Source: an uncultured Marinoscillum sp. (GTDB lineage: Bacteria > Bacteroidota > Bacteroidia > Cytophagales > MED-G16). From it: a DNA stretch of 64,000 bases. Positions 28,655-38,220 of the stretch are shown here, in pieces; the stretch's first letter is position 1, and every line of letters starts with the position of its first letter. A program made the position numbers and the translations under genes. The DNA lies in contig CAYXSW010000004.1 in assembly GCA_964467915.1 (NCBI GenBank), positions 4,476 through 68,475 on the forward strand, written 5' to 3'. The notes below the pieces were generated by a model. It had not been told where the DNA came from and did not search any database. It was given only the letters and a program-made list of their open reading frames with translations.

Positions 28655-29167
28655 ATGAAAAACTTATTCTTTCTATCAATAATTTTATTATTCTCCTGTA
28701 ATGAAAAAAATGCAAATTTTGGAGATGTTAAAATTGATGATGATAAATCTATAATGATTCAAAAGGTTTTTGAATCAGTTGAAAATGAAGAAATTGAATA
28801 CCTTAAACAAGTATTCTCTGAAGACCTTGAATTTACTGACCCTAATGGAAATATTTTAAATAAGGGAGAGTTCATAGCAGGAGTTGAAAATATTTTCGAC
28901 CTTTTTGATAATATTAAATTTAAGGAATCTCCCTATGAGGATCACGATAATCTAGAGATAGAAACAACTTACTATTCAAATGGCAATGTTTGGACATCTA
29001 TTTGGAGTGAATTTTCTGGAAGAGGAAAATACACAAATGAAATTATTAATTTTCCATTCCATATCTCCTACCAGTGGAAAGGAGGAAAAATCATTAGAGA
29101 AGTTCAGTTTTTTAGCACTAAAGTTTTTGACGCTGAAAATGAAGCTAAGTCTAAAGTTTTACAATAA
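28655..29167 (+). CDS. Lipoprotein, SnoaL/NTF2-like fold (tentative)
   Basis: Lipobox LLFSC. 170 aa with an NTF2-like pattern (F.ED..F.D.NG....GEF). Confidence 0.4.
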   Translation: MKNLFFLSIILLFSCNEKNANFGDVKIDDDKSIMIQKVFESVENEEIEYLKQVFSEDLEFTDPNGNILNKGEFIAGVENIFDLFDNIKFKESPYEDHDNLEIETTYYSNGNVWTSIWSEFSGRGKYTNEIINFPFHISYQWKGGKIIREVQFFSTKVFDAENEAKSKVLQ

Positions 29168-29800
29168 ATCATAGCTAAATTTTTTTAATTCCCAAGAATA
29201 TCTTTTTTTGATAATTGACACTAATTCTTTGTCAAAATATTCTTGGGTTTCTTTTCTTTTATATCCTACATTTTTTTTTATAACATCTCTAATTTCAGGT
29301 AATTTAAGATGTTTAAATAATTTAGGAACTTCTTCAGAAAAATCTTCTAATCTTATCACCTTGTCTACTAATAATTTTCCGTACTCATCTTTTATAAAAT
29401 TTTCTAGAGCATAGGTCCCATATTTTCTCCATTTCTGATGGTCTTTTCCACCACCCCCACTTTTATTAATTTTTGTATTAATGACCCATTTTTTAAAATC
29501 TGGCTTTAAAAAATTTGGGTATCGTTTGTAGATCATCTCATAAAGAGACACTAACTTATTGTAAGGATTTCTTGTACATACTACCTTATAGTAATCATCA
29601 TAATCCCAACCTAGATTTTTAAATATTTTTTTTGTTTCAATTGGTGAAATATGAGTGTAGAAGGGATTTTTTTCTCCTTGTATTTTGGAGTTATTATTTA
29701 CTTTGATTTCAGAGTAAGGATTTAACATTTCTCTAAAACTATCAGATCCAGTTTTAGGATTACAAAAGAAAATAAACTTGTGCTTATGAGAAATCCTCAT
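29159..29800 (-). CDS. Sulfotransferase family protein
   Basis: The 5'-PSB-like motif FFCNPKTGSDS and the 3'-PB-like motif TRNPYNKLVSLY. No signal peptide, so cytoplasmic. Confidence 0.7.
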   Translation of the reverse strand: MRISHKHKFIFFCNPKTGSDSFREMLNPYSEIKVNNNSKIQGEKNPFYTHISPIETKKIFKNLGWDYDDYYKVVCTRNPYNKLVSLYEMIYKRYPNFLKPDFKKWVINTKINKSGGGGKDHQKWRKYGTYALENFIKDEYGKLLVDKVIRLEDFSEEVPKLFKHLKLPEIRDVIKKNVGYKRKETQEYFDKELVSIIKKRYSWELKKFSYDLL

Positions 29801-29855
29801 CTCACAAAATAAAACAATTTATATTTACTTATAGTTAAATTATTAAGTTAGTAAA

Positions 29856-31478
29856 ATGAGAACATTTATTATTCTATTATTCGTACTTGGATGTAATACA
29901 AAGGAAAATTATAAACTAAATAGTGAATTTGAATATAAAGATTTAGTTAACCTGTTTAATGATTGGAGAGAGTTTGAATCACCTCCACTTCTTGATGGTG
30001 CACCTGACTACACAAGAGAAAGATTCAAAACCGATCACAATAGCTTTATAGCATTAAAAAATAGACTTAATTCTTTTGATATTAACAAGTGGTCAGTAAG
30101 CGAGCAGATAGATTGGCATGTAGTAAGAGCTGAAATGAATGGTTATGATTTTAATTATAGAGTGTTAAGACCTTGGGAGAGAGACCCTGCTTTCTATCAG
30201 ACATTATGGATGAATCAGAGTGACGTTCCAGCTCACGAAGGCCCAACAAATCACGGAGTACTTGAGTTTTGGATGTATGATTTACCTCTTGACCCAGACT
30301 CTGAAAAAAAATTCATAAAAGAGTTAAAATCAATTACTCCATTTTTATATCAAGCTAGGACAAACTTAATAGGTAATGCAAAAGAACTTTGGATAGCTGG
30401 AATTCAAAATTTAAGACAGCAGAGAGATAATTTAATTGTTGTGAGATCTAAATTAAATTTAGCATCTGACCATGAGATTAATAAAGAAATAAAGAATGCA
30501 ATTAATTCAACTGAAAAGTTTATTGTATGGTTAGAAGAGGAATCATCTAAAAAAACTGGGGCATCAGGTATAGGTAAAGAAAATTACACCTGGTACCAAC
30601 AAAATGTACACCTGCTACCAATGACATGGGAGGATGAGGTGAGACTTTTACAAAGAGAACTTGATAGGGCTTGGGCATCTTTAAAGTTAGAGGAACATAA
30701 TAATAGAAACCTCCCTGAACTTTCACCTACAAACTCACCAGAAGATTTTAAAAAATTAACAGAAGAAGGAGTTAGAAGGTTTGTAGACTTTATTAGAGAT
30801 AAAGAAATTATGCCTTTCAAAGAAAATATGGAACCAGCACTGAGAGAACACATGGGAAAATATGTTCCTGAAAACGAAAGAAACTTTTTTAATATAGGTC
30901 TTCATCTTGACCCATTACCTTTGTATTCTCATTTTGTTCATTGGTTTGATTTAGCAGAGATGAGAGATAATCCACATGAAAGCCCTATAAGAAGGGGTGC
31001 TCTTCTTTATAATATCTTTGACACTAAAAATGAGGGTATTGCCACAGGAGTTGAGGAAATGTTTATGCATGCCGGTCTATATAATGATAGCCCTAGGTCA
31101 AGAGAAATTGTCTGGATAATGATTGCACAGAGAGCTGCAAGAGGACTTGGATCGTTATATGCTCACGCCAATGAAATGACAATGGAAGAAGCTGGTGGTG
31201 TTCATGTTAAGTGGACCCCAAGGAGGTGGATGAACAGAGAACCACACCTCCTTAAATTTGAACAACACCTATATTTAAGACAACCTGGATATGGAACATC
31301 ATACATAACAGGAAAATATATGGCAGAAAAAATTGTAGCAGAGTATGCTGAAAAACTTGAGAAAGAAAACAAAGAGTTTACTTTAAAAGATTTCTTCAAA
31401 AAATTTAATGATGCTGGTAATATTCCAATAAGTCTTGTGCGATCTGAGATTCTTGAAAAAGTTCCGATAATAAGATGA
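29856..31478 (+). CDS. DUF885-like lipoprotein (tentative)
   Basis: 540 aa with lipobox VLGC. The C-terminal YLRQPGYGTSYITGKYM resembles the DUF885 PGQ..SY..G segment. I could not see the usual HExxPGH metal motif. Confidence 0.4.
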   Translation: MRTFIILLFVLGCNTKENYKLNSEFEYKDLVNLFNDWREFESPPLLDGAPDYTRERFKTDHNSFIALKNRLNSFDINKWSVSEQIDWHVVRAEMNGYDFNYRVLRPWERDPAFYQTLWMNQSDVPAHEGPTNHGVLEFWMYDLPLDPDSEKKFIKELKSITPFLYQARTNLIGNAKELWIAGIQNLRQQRDNLIVVRSKLNLASDHEINKEIKNAINSTEKFIVWLEEESSKKTGASGIGKENYTWYQQNVHLLPMTWEDEVRLLQRELDRAWASLKLEEHNNRNLPELSPTNSPEDFKKLTEEGVRRFVDFIRDKEIMPFKENMEPALREHMGKYVPENERNFFNIGLHLDPLPLYSHFVHWFDLAEMRDNPHESPIRRGALLYNIFDTKNEGIATGVEEMFMHAGLYNDSPRSREIVWIMIAQRAARGLGSLYAHANEMTMEEAGGVHVKWTPRRWMNREPHLLKFEQHLYLRQPGYGTSYITGKYMAEKIVAEYAEKLEKENKEFTLKDFFKKFNDAGNIPISLVRSEILEKVPIIR

Positions 31479-31659
31479 TTATATTGATGTAAGTGATGAA
31501 GAAGGATACCTATTAACAATTGGAATATGATATTTGACAGTATTTTTTTTGAGTATGTTTCACCTAAAATAAAATACCCTCATTCTTAAAGCCTAAGAAC
31601 TCTCTTTTTGAATTTTTCACAGATAGTTGTAGATTTATTTTTTAAGTAAATATTACAAA

Positions 31660-32052
31660 ATGAAAATAATAATAACAACATTAATGCTTACTTGCTTTAA
31701 TTTGAATGCTCAGCAAGGCTTTGTTATGTTTAATCAAAATAAAGTTGAGTTTGCAAATCAAAATAAGGCATATAAATTATTTGATAACTATTTTAATCCT
31801 GTATGGGACCAATTAGTCGATGAAGGTATGGTAATATCATACTCAATGATGACTCATGGTTGGGGAGATGAGTGGAATTTAAATTATATGATTGTTACTG
31901 AGAGTCACGAAGCATTTTTAAAAGCATGGGCAGAAGGTTTTAAAAGAATAAGAAATACTATGCCACAAGAAAAATGGAATGAACTAATGAAATATACATT
32001 AGAACATAAAGACAACCTATATTCTCTTAGGCATCATTATTCTGGCAAATAA
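31660..32052 (+). CDS. Hypothetical secreted protein
   Basis: 130 aa with signal peptide ending NLNAQQ. No motif recognised. Confidence 0.45.
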   Translation: MKIIITTLMLTCFNLNAQQGFVMFNQNKVEFANQNKAYKLFDNYFNPVWDQLVDEGMVISYSMMTHGWGDEWNLNYMIVTESHEAFLKAWAEGFKRIRNTMPQEKWNELMKYTLEHKDNLYSLRHHYSGK

Positions 32053-32070
32053 TTTATAAGATGAAATAAA

Positions 32071-32094
32071 AAAACCCATCTTTTGATGGGTTTT
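32071..32094. terminator. Bidirectional hairpin terminator
   Basis: AAAACCCATC-TTTT-GATGGGTTTT is a 10-bp stem whose A/T arms give a U-tract in either direction. It sits between a + CDS and the - tRNA-Glu. Confidence 0.7.
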
Positions 32095-32102
32095 AAAGGT
32101 TG

Positions 32103-32174
32103 CAGTCCCTAGGGGAATCGAACCCCTGTTTCCAGGATGAAAACCTGGCGTCCTAACCCCTAGACGAAGGGACC
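32103..32174 (-). tRNA. tRNA-Glu (anticodon UUC)
   Basis: Minus-strand GGTCCCTTCGTCTAGGGGTTAGGACGCCAGGTTTTCATCCTGGAAACAGGGGTTCGATTCCCCTAGGGACTG folds as a cloverleaf with anticodon loop TT-TTC-AT. CCA is not encoded. Confidence 0.9.
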
Positions 32175-32184
32175 TTTTGTGGTG

Positions 32185-32192
32185 CAAATATA
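32185..32192 (-). promoter_or_regulatory. TAnnTTTG box (TATATTTG on minus strand) upstream of tRNA-Glu
   Basis: Plus-strand CAAATATA. Ten nt separate it from the mature tRNA 5' end. Confidence 0.45.
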
Positions 32193-32275
32193 ATCTAGTA
32201 CTTAAAAAATCATAAAAATTTTAAGGAAAATTAATTTGTTAACATTTAATTGTTTGATTTGAAAAGATTCATATA

Positions 32276-32283
32276 TAGTTTTG
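32276..32283 (+). promoter_or_regulatory. TAnnTTTG box (TAGTTTTG) upstream of gap
   Basis: Exact motif 21 nt upstream of ATG 32305. Confidence 0.4.
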
Positions 32284-32295
32284 CAAAAAATCTAA

Positions 32296-33898
<1,603 letters not shown>

Positions 33899-33902
<4 letters not shown>

Positions 33903-35353
33903 TTTCTTAGCATAAGAATCATCTTTTGTTTCTCTAAAAATAAATTCTCTTCAATTCCTACAGGATAGGTATGCGGGTTATTTAATCTTTTATGGGAATT
34001 ATCTAATAGCTCTAAGTCATTACTTAATTTCTCTTTTATATGTTCAATTGAAGGATTTTTATAGATAAGTTTTCCTTTTTTAAAAATTGGAATTAATAAA
34101 TTTTCCATAATGTAGTTTTTATTAAAAACTTTCTTTCTAGTTGAATCATTAGGATCAATCATTTTAAATTTTTCTACTTTTGAGTTTTTTTCATATATCA
34201 TATCACCGAAAAATTTATTTTCTTTTCTAAATCTCATTACCTGATTAATTCCTGGGTTATTTATTTTTATTTTTTGTTCAGATAGTTTTATTTTTTTCTC
34301 CCATTCATTGCTATCATTTTTTAAGGCAGTTAGCTTATATACAGCCCCGAGAGATGGATTATCATATGCTGTAACTAATTTTGTTCCTATGCCCCAAATA
34401 GAAATTTTAGCTTTTTGATTTTTAAGACTTTCAACTAAAAACTCATCTAAATCATTACTTGCAATAATATTTACATAATCCAGATCTTCATTATCTAGTT
34501 TTTTTCTTGCTTTCTTACTTAAGTAAGCTAGATCTCCAGAATCAATCCTAATACCTAAGAGTTTTTTATCCAATTTTTCTAATTCTTTAGCTACAACTAT
34601 CGCATTATTAATGCCTTCCATAGTATTAAATGTGTCAACCAGTAAAACAGAATTATCGGGCATTATATCAGCATAGTTTCTAAATGACTCCAACTCACTA
34701 TCAAAAGCAAGGACCCAACTATGAGAATGAGTGCCACTCACTGGAATATTAAAGATTTTACCAGCTAAAACATTTGATGTGTTAGTACAACCACCTATAT
34801 AAGATGCCCTACTCGCAGACAAAGATCCATCTATCCCTTGTGCTCTCCTTAGACCAAACTCAAGAATGGGATCACTTTTAGCACTATATTTCATCCTAGA
34901 AGCCTTAGTAGCAATCAGAGTGTTAAAATTAAAAATATTAATTATAGCTGATTCTACTAACTGACACTGATAGATTGGTCCCTTAACATTTATTATAGGT
35001 TCATTTGAAAATATAATCCTACCCTCCTCTATTGCATCTACATCACATGAAAATTCAAATTGTTTTAAAAATTTCAAAAATTTATTTTCAAATAATTTCG
35101 ATCCATTTTGAGACTTTAATGATTTTAAATATTTGATATCTGAATCTGAAAATTTTAAACTATTTAAATAATCAACTATAAACTCTAATCCAGAACAAAC
35201 AGCATATCCAGAATTGAATGGGTTTTTTCTAAAGAAAACACTAAAATTAGATTCTCTTAAATGAATATTTTTTTTCCAGTATCCATAAGACATTGTTAAT
35301 TGATATAGATCAGTCAATAGAGAAAAGGACGTATTATATATTTTGTTTATCAC
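33899..35353 (-). CDS. pncB: Nicotinate phosphoribosyltransferase
   Basis: 484 aa. LLTDLYQLTMSYGYW and FGLRRAQG...GTHSHSW motifs. 4-nt overlap with pncA. Confidence 0.9.
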
Positions 35354-36179
35354 TCCTAAATAAAATCACATTTAATACAACACCAAAAGTTACAAGAAAC
35401 ATACCTAAGTATACCAATGTTTCAAAACTTTCATTAAAATAAATATTACCTATAGCTATAACAAATAAAATCTCAACATAGGAAATAATAGATACTTTAG
35501 AAACTTCTGAAGATTGAAATGCTCTTGTCATAAAATATTGAGCAAATTGAGTAAAAACTCCGATACCTAAAAGAATAAAATAATCATAATATGATGGCGT
35601 CACCCAATTAAAGTAGCTAAGTAGTGCTCCCACTGGACAAGCTATCATAGGAAAATAAATCATTAAAACTAAAGATTTTTCTTTGTCTTTAAGATATCTA
35701 ATAATAGTATACGCAAAAGCAGCTAAAAGACTACCTGATATACCAATAGTAATATATTTTACTGTTACACGAGAATCATAACCTTGTATGAGCAAAATTC
35801 CAACAAATGCAACTAGTAATAATATCCATTGAATATTGGTCATCTTTTCTTTTAAAATCATAACCCCAACTAAAGATGTAAAAAGAGGTGTGAGATAAAT
35901 TAGAGTTGAAGCTGTAGCTAGAGGAATTTCCTGTAATATTACAAAATAGAGATACAATGCAATTGTACCAAAAATACCTCTAAGTGTAAGTAATATTCTA
36001 TTGTTTCCTAAAATATTATAACCCTTTCTTTTAAGTAAAAAATATGTGATCAAAAAAGATATAAGACACCTAAAAAAAACTATTTCCATAGCAGGAATAT
36101 GAGGTAATAACTTAACCCCAATCTTCACAACCATAAAAAATATAGTTGCAAAAAACATAAAATATATCCCCTTATTCAA
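35334..36179 (-). CDS. EamA/DMT-family transporter
   Basis: 281 aa with about 10 TM segments arranged as two EamA-like halves. Confidence 0.7.
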   Translation of the reverse strand: MNKGIYFMFFATIFFMVVKIGVKLLPHIPAMEIVFFRCLISFLITYFLLKRKGYNILGNNRILLTLRGIFGTIALYLYFVILQEIPLATASTLIYLTPLFTSLVGVMILKEKMTNIQWILLLVAFVGILLIQGYDSRVTVKYITIGISGSLLAAFAYTIIRYLKDKEKSLVLMIYFPMIACPVGALLSYFNWVTPSYYDYFILLGIGVFTQFAQYFMTRAFQSSEVSKVSIISYVEILFVIAIGNIYFNESFETLVYLGMFLVTFGVVLNVILFRSDKQNI

Positions 36180-36826
36180 CTTAGTTTACCTTTATCAATA
36201 GTGTAACTGAAATCTGATACTTTAATGAAATTTTTATTATGTGTTACTATTACAAATGTCTGATTATATTTTTTATTAAGCTTTCTAATGAGTTCAATAA
36301 AATTCTTAGAATTTTCAGTATCCAAATTTCCTGTAGGTTCATCTGCAAAAATAATGTCTGGTGAATTTATTAATGACCTAGCTATAGCAACTCTCTGTTG
36401 TTCTCCTCCAGATAACTGACTAGGTTTATGAGTAATCCTATCCGAAAGATCCAATATTTTTAAAAGCTCAATAGCTCTTGTTTCAACTTCTGAATTCCTA
36501 GTTTTAGAAACATAACCTGGAACACATACATTTTCTAGAACATTAAACTCTTCCAGGAGGTTATGAAATTGGAAAATAAAACCAATTTTTTTATTCCTAA
36601 ATTCTGATAATTTATTACCCTTTAATTCTTTAGTTGATACACTATCAAAATAAACATTTCCACTATCTGCTTCATCAAGAGTACTTAAAATATAGAGAAG
36701 AGTTGACTTGCCAGCACCAGATTTACCATATATTGATACGATGCTACCCTTCTTAACTTCTAAACTAATTTTATTTAGAACATTAATTTGACTAAAATTT
36801 TTTGAAATATTAACAGCTTTAAGCAT
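36176..36826 (-). CDS. ABC transporter ATP-binding protein (LolD/FtsE-like)
   Basis: Walker A GKSGAGKST, signature LSGGEQQR and Walker B IIFADEPTGNLD. Confidence 0.9.
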   Translation of the reverse strand: MLKAVNISKNFSQINVLNKISLEVKKGSIVSIYGKSGAGKSTLLYILSTLDEADSGNVYFDSVSTKELKGNKLSEFRNKKIGFIFQFHNLLEEFNVLENVCVPGYVSKTRNSEVETRAIELLKILDLSDRITHKPSQLSGGEQQRVAIARSLINSPDIIFADEPTGNLDTENSKNFIELIRKLNKKYNQTFVIVTHNKNFIKVSDFSYTIDKGKLS

Positions 36827-36915
36827 TGAGCAAATCTAATTAATATTAACATTTAAGATTAATAAATAATATAAGATTTGATATATAATCTATAATGTTA
36901 TAGTTTCGTATCACT

Positions 36916-38130
36916 ATGAATATACATGAATATCAAGCCAAAGAAATTCTAGATAATTATAAAGTAAAAATTCAAAATGGTTATGTTGCAACCTCAGCAT
37001 CAGAAGCTCATGATTTTGCTGTAAAACTATCAGAAGAAAGAAAAACTGGCATTTTTGTTCTTAAAGCCCAAATCCATGCTGGAGGAAGGGGAAAAGGCAC
37101 TATTAAAGAAACTAATTCAAATGGCGTTGTAATAGCAAAGAGTATAGATGAGGTTGAAGAAAAGGTAAAAAATATATTAGGAGGAACTCTAGTAACTCAC
37201 CAAACTGGTTCAGAAGGAAAAACTGTTAATAAGATATTAATTGCAGAAGACGTTTATTACCCTGGTAAAAACGAGCCAAAAGAATATTATTTAGGTATTT
37301 TATTAGACAGGACAAACGGAATGAATGTGATCATGGCCTCAACAGAAGGAGGCGTTGAAATTGAAAAGGTAGCTGAAGAAAATCCTGAAAAAATTATTAA
37401 AGAGTGGGTGGATCCTGAGATAGGTTTACAAGCATTTCAAGTTAGAAAGATAGCATTTGGACTAGGTCTCTCAGGCAATGCCTTAAAAGAAATGATAAAT
37501 TTTATTTATTCTCTATACAATGCCTACAATAGCATTGATGCATCACTTTTTGAGATAAACCCAGTATTAAAAACGTCAGATAATCAGATTTTAGCAGTTG
37601 ACGCAAAAGTTAATATTGATGATAACGCATTATTTAGACAAAAAGAGATTGAAGAATTAAGAGATTTATCTGAAGAAGATCCTGCAGAAATTGAGGCTAA
37701 TAAAGCAAATTTGAGCTATGTCAAACTTGATGGAAATGTAGGTTGTATGGTAAATGGTGCGGGTCTTGCAATGGCTACTATGGATATTATTAAGCTTTCT
37801 GGAGGAGATCCTGCAAATTTTTTAGATGTTGGAGGTACTGCAAGTGCAGAGACAGTAGAAGCAGGTTTCAGAATTATTCTAAGAGATAAAAATGTTAAAG
37901 CTATATTACTAAATATATTTGGAGGAATAGTTAGGTGTGACAGAGTAGCAAACGGTGTAGTGCAAGCTTATAAAAATATTGGTGAAATAAAAATTCCTAT
38001 TGTGGTAAGACTTCAGGGAACAAATTCAGAAGAAGGAGCAAAAATAATTAAGGAGTCTGGTCTTGAAGTTTTTTCAACCAATACTTTACAAGATGCTGCA
38101 GATAAAATAAACGAAATACTTTTAAATTAA
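36916..38130 (+). CDS. sucC: Succinate--CoA ligase (ADP-forming) beta subunit
   Basis: MNIHEYQAKEIL start, ATP-grasp region, and GNVGCMVNGAGLAMATMD. Confidence 0.95.
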   Translation: MNIHEYQAKEILDNYKVKIQNGYVATSASEAHDFAVKLSEERKTGIFVLKAQIHAGGRGKGTIKETNSNGVVIAKSIDEVEEKVKNILGGTLVTHQTGSEGKTVNKILIAEDVYYPGKNEPKEYYLGILLDRTNGMNVIMASTEGGVEIEKVAEENPEKIIKEWVDPEIGLQAFQVRKIAFGLGLSGNALKEMINFIYSLYNAYNSIDASLFEINPVLKTSDNQILAVDAKVNIDDNALFRQKEIEELRDLSEEDPAEIEANKANLSYVKLDGNVGCMVNGAGLAMATMDIIKLSGGDPANFLDVGGTASAETVEAGFRIILRDKNVKAILLNIFGGIVRCDRVANGVVQAYKNIGEIKIPIVVRLQGTNSEEGAKIIKESGLEVFSTNTLQDAADKINEILLN

Positions 38131-38136
38131 GCTATT

Positions 38137-38213
38137 GCGTTAGTAGTTCAACTGGATAGAACATCAGATTTCGGCTCTGACGGTTGAGGGTTCGAATCCT
38201 TCCTAACGCACCA
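38137..38213 (+). tRNA. tRNA-Arg (anticodon UCG), CCA encoded
   Basis: GCGTTAG/CTAACGC acceptor stem, GTTC..GAAC D stem, TCAGA-TTTCGGC-TCTGA anticodon arm (TCG), GAGGG-TTCGAAT-CCTTC T arm, then ACCA. Confidence 0.9.
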
Positions 38214-38220
38214 AAAAAAA

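Noticed and set aside
31560-31610. A weak inverted repeat, TTCTTA-AAGCC-TAAGAA, followed by a T-rich run downstream of the DUF885-like gene.
   Set aside because: The 6-bp all-A/T stem is too weak to call an intrinsic terminator with confidence. No riboswitch-like conserved structure is recognisable in the 181-nt spacer.
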